Made by a program: the position numbers and the translations under genes
Source of the DNA: Mobula hypostoma
Taxonomy: Eukaryota
Direction of reading: 5' to 3'
Assembly (NCBI RefSeq): GCF_963921235.1
Contig: NC_086097.1
Coordinates: 26,352,001 to 26,416,000, forward strand
DNA length: 64,000 bases
The notes under the pieces: model-generated
Database searches by the model: none
Told to the model about the DNA's origin: nothing
The model's input: the letters and a program-made list of their open reading frames with translations, nothing else
In this document: positions 60,715-64,000 of the stretch, one piece after another
Layout: each line of letters opens with the position of its first letter
Position numbering within the stretch: position 1 is the first letter of the stretch

Positions 60715-63115
60715 CGGGGAAAACCAGCCAGTGAGGCCGTATCAGTAAAGCTTAGAAACAACAAGAATGAGGGGAGACCTTATTAAAGTACATCAAATAA
60801 TAAAAGGACCAAGATAGAGTGGACGTGGCGAGAACGTTTTCTATGGTGAATGAGTCAAGGACCAAAAGGCACTGTCTTTAGAACAGAGATGAGGAGAATT
60901 ACCTTAGTCAAAGTCAAAGGGTGGTGAATCTGTTGAATTCACTGGCACTGATGTCTCTGAAGGCCAAGTCGTCGGGTATATTTAAAGCGGAGGTTGATAG
61001 GTTCTTGATTAATTAGGGCATCAAAGGTTTTGAGGAGAAGGCAAGAGAATGGGGAAACTAAATTGGCCATGATGGAATGGTGGAGCAGACTTGATGGGCT
61101 GAACAGCCTAATTCTGCTCCTATGTCTTACGGTCAATCTAGTGGAGCTGTATTATAGAACTCCCACCTACCCAAAATTTAGCTGGAATCTGAGAAGCAGG
61201 TGTGTAGGGGAATTGCTCATAATTGTAAAAATAATAGGGTTGTATTAGCAGGAGATTTTAATTTCCCCAGTACAGACTGGGCTACCCTGAGTGTTAAAGA
61301 TCTGGACAGGATTTGTGAAATGTGTCCAGGAGAGTTTCTATAGTTAATACATAAGAGGAACAAGCAACCCTCCTACTCGTGAAGGTGCAGTACTGGACCT
61401 CCTGTTAGGAAACGAGGCAGGGCAGGTAACTGATGTGGCATTCAGGAAGCACTTTGGCTCTAGTCACCATAACCCTATTAGTCTTATTTAAGACAGTGAT
61501 GGAAAATGATAGGACAGGTCCACAGGCTAGGGCCCTAAACAGCAAATTCTGAGGAAATTCGACAGGATCTAGTAGAGGTTGACTGGGTGAGCCTGTGGGA
61601 AGGAAAGGAATGATTAGCAAGTAGGAGGATTTTGAGGGGTGTGACAGCAAGTTTCCAGGAGCAGCATGCACAGGGATTGATCAGTAAATCTGCAGATGAC
61701 ATGAAATTAGGAGGTGTTGCTGATGGTGAAGTAGATTATCAGCCATTACAAGGGTGATTTTGATCACTTAGGGACGTGGACCGAAGAGTGGGAAATGGAT
61801 TTCAAAACAGCCAAGTATGAGGTGATCCATTTTGGAAAATCAGACCAACATCGGACCTGTGCTATAATTGGCAGCGCATCTGGGAGTGCAAAACTACAGA
61901 GGGACTAGGAGAACATGTGCATAACTCATTGTAATTGGCATTACAGGTAGACAGGGCATGTTGGCCTTCGTTAGTCAGGGCAATGAGTATAGGAGCTGGG
62001 ACACTATACTGCAGTTGTAAAAGTCATTGATGAGACTGCAATTTAAGTACTGTGTACAGATTTGGTCACCATACTACAGTAAAGATCTGACTAAACTGGA
62101 AAGAGTGTTGAAAAAAATTACAGATCTGCGCCAGGACTAGGAGGACCTGGGTTATAGAGATATGCTAGCAAGGCTTGGTCTTTATTCCTTTGGAGTATAG
62201 GAGAAAGAACGGCGACCTTATGGAGGCTTATAAAATTATGAGGTGCATAGATAATGGGTAACAGTGCCTTTCCAAGGGTTGGGGAATCAAGAATTAGAGG
62301 GCACAGGTCTAATGTGAGGGGATAGGATTTAACAGGAACCTGAGAGGCAATGTTGTCATACAGAGTTGTCAGTATATGATTAGATTAGATTATGAGAACA
62401 CTCAGTCCTCTTTTATTGTCATTTAGAAATGCATACATGCATTAAAAAATGATACAATGTTTTTCCGGAGTGATATCGCAGAAAACAGGACAAATCAAAG
62501 ACTAACACTGACAGAACCACATAATTATAACATATAGTTACAGCAGTGCAAAGCAATACCATAATTTGATGAAGAACAAACCATGGGCACGGTAAAAAAG
62601 GAGCCTCAAAGTCCCCGAGTCGATCGACTCCCCGATAGCAGGCGGCAAAAGGGAGAAACTCCCTGCCATAAACCTCCAGGCACCATCAACTTGCCGACGC
62701 CTGAGCTACCAGAGGAGGTGGTTCAGGCAGGTACAATAGTATTAATTAAGAAGCACTTGAATAGGTACATGGTGAATCAGAATCAGATTTAATATCACCA
62801 GCATATGTTGTGAAATCTGTTAACTTAGTGGCAGCAATACAATGCTGTACATGAGAATACAGAAAAAAAGTAAATCAATTTCAGTAAGTATATATATGTA
62901 TATTAAATAGTTAAATTAAAAATAGTGCAAAAACAGAAATAATAAACAAGTGAGGCAGTGTTCATGGGTTCAATGTCCATTTAGGAATCTGATGGCAGAG
63001 GGGAAGAAGCTGTAGTGGCGGGTCTCAGAGAGCTATGGACCGAATGCAGGAAATTGGGACTACCTGGCTGGGCACCATGGTCAGCATGGACTTGTCAGGC
63101 CGAAGGGCCTGTATC
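60715..63115 (+). mobile_element. Two decayed CR1 elements (about 60715-61135 and 61170-63115) with Rex1-type inserts (62378-62700 and 62775-63013, minus)
   Basis: GDFN (ggagattttaat, 61251), SDH-like, SKSADD.K.GG and YCVQIWSP remnants; insert tails (tagat)n and (atcaga)n. Confidence 0.7.
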
Positions 63116-63849
63116 CCACAGGATAGCACCGGGGGAATGATACAGGAGTGGGAATACAGTACATTACTATGTGACTGACAGATGGAAATAGTACTAGGTA
63201 CATGAAGTCCCATGCTGATGATGGCAGAGGAGGAATGGTTGCCAATTCTCAGTCTCAAATATAAAAACAATGGCATCCATAAAAATTAACGTCACTTGTG
63301 CATTGCCCAGGTTATGTAATCCTTTAAAAAGATTCTTTGTGTAATCGGGCTCACTCCCATCAATGATTGCTTTCAATTTCTTGATAGCAAATCATTATTG
63401 GATTGAGCAAAGATCAATACTGGAGAATTGTGCAGTGGATCTCATGAACCTCATCAATCTATACAAACTGCTTATAACATTACAGACAGCACTAGAAAAC
63501 TGGTGAATAATATGACTTAAAAGCACTTAGAGATGTGTATGTTTAAGCATAATGTACCATCTGGTCAATTGGAACTCAACATGTATGCTCTCAAAGGAAA
63601 GCAACTGTTGGGGTTCAAAACATGAGAGCCAAATGTTTTCTCCTCAGCCAGCAGATGATGCCAGTGTCTGTTCTGAATGTGTAACTGGTGAACATTGAAT
63701 AGAAGTTTAATGTTGCCATTACACAGTGAATCACAACTGCAAAACGTTCAAAGTTTCAGCCTATTTACACGAGACACTAAAGGTGGCAGTTGCAATATGA
63801 ACTAACAGGTAATGATATTTGAAGGATTTCATAATACAAGATTCACCAT

Positions 63850-63987
63850 GAGTCCTGATGAAGGGTCTCGGCCCAAAAAGTCAACTGTTTATTCATTTGC
63901 ATAGATGCTGACTGACCTGCTGAGTTCTTCCAGCATTTTGTGTGGGTACCTCAAGATATCCAGCATCTGCAGAATCGCTTATGTTTA
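63850..63987 (+). mobile_element. Penelope-type terminal repeat with partly decayed hammerhead core
   Basis: gagtc-CTGATGA-A-GGGtctcggCCC-aAAAa-GTC-aact followed by gatgctgactgacctgctgagttcttccagcattttgtgt. Confidence 0.8.
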
Positions 63988-64000
63988 TCTTCAAATTATC

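Noticed and set aside
1..64000. CRISPR array, rRNA, prokaryotic operon or endogenous non-retroviral virus
   Set aside because: I found no regularly spaced repeat-spacer units, no rRNA-like blocks and no gene-dense ORFs; every recognisable ORF is from a eukaryotic transposon.

Overview
Eukaryotic, AT-rich, repeat-saturated vertebrate DNA with no confidently identifiable host gene. The repeat content (CR1/HER1-type LINEs, V-domain/HE1-like SINEs, Rex1/Babar 3' ends, and the ACACACAAAATGCTGGAGGAACTCAGC Penelope-type repeat) points to a cartilaginous fish, probably a ray; that assignment is inference. Every ORF I could recognise comes from a transposon. These include a young 5'-truncated CR1 inserted in an old near-full-length CR1, a full-length decayed Tc1 (DD34E, IR/DR ends), three hAT-type MITE families, a PIF/Harbinger element, two solo LTRs, a decayed Mag-type Gypsy interrupted by an L1, and many Penelope-derived inverted repeats. 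The most notable signals are (1) minimal hammerhead-ribozyme cores in the Penelope-derived hairpins (best copy about 10887-10922); (2) a Gypsy whose two LTRs are inverted relative to each other, with a matching 5-bp TSD and split host CR1, indicating a post-insertion micro-inversion; (3) several 3-level nested insertions with resolvable TSDs, including a 6-bp-TSD hAT-like element and a 29-bp segment shared between hAT families; (4) one plausible 62-nt minus-strand host exon and RFX X-box clusters in unique DNA. I see no CRISPR array or prokaryotic system and no clearly novel protein-coding system. Boundaries of old, decayed repeats are approximate (tens of bp).
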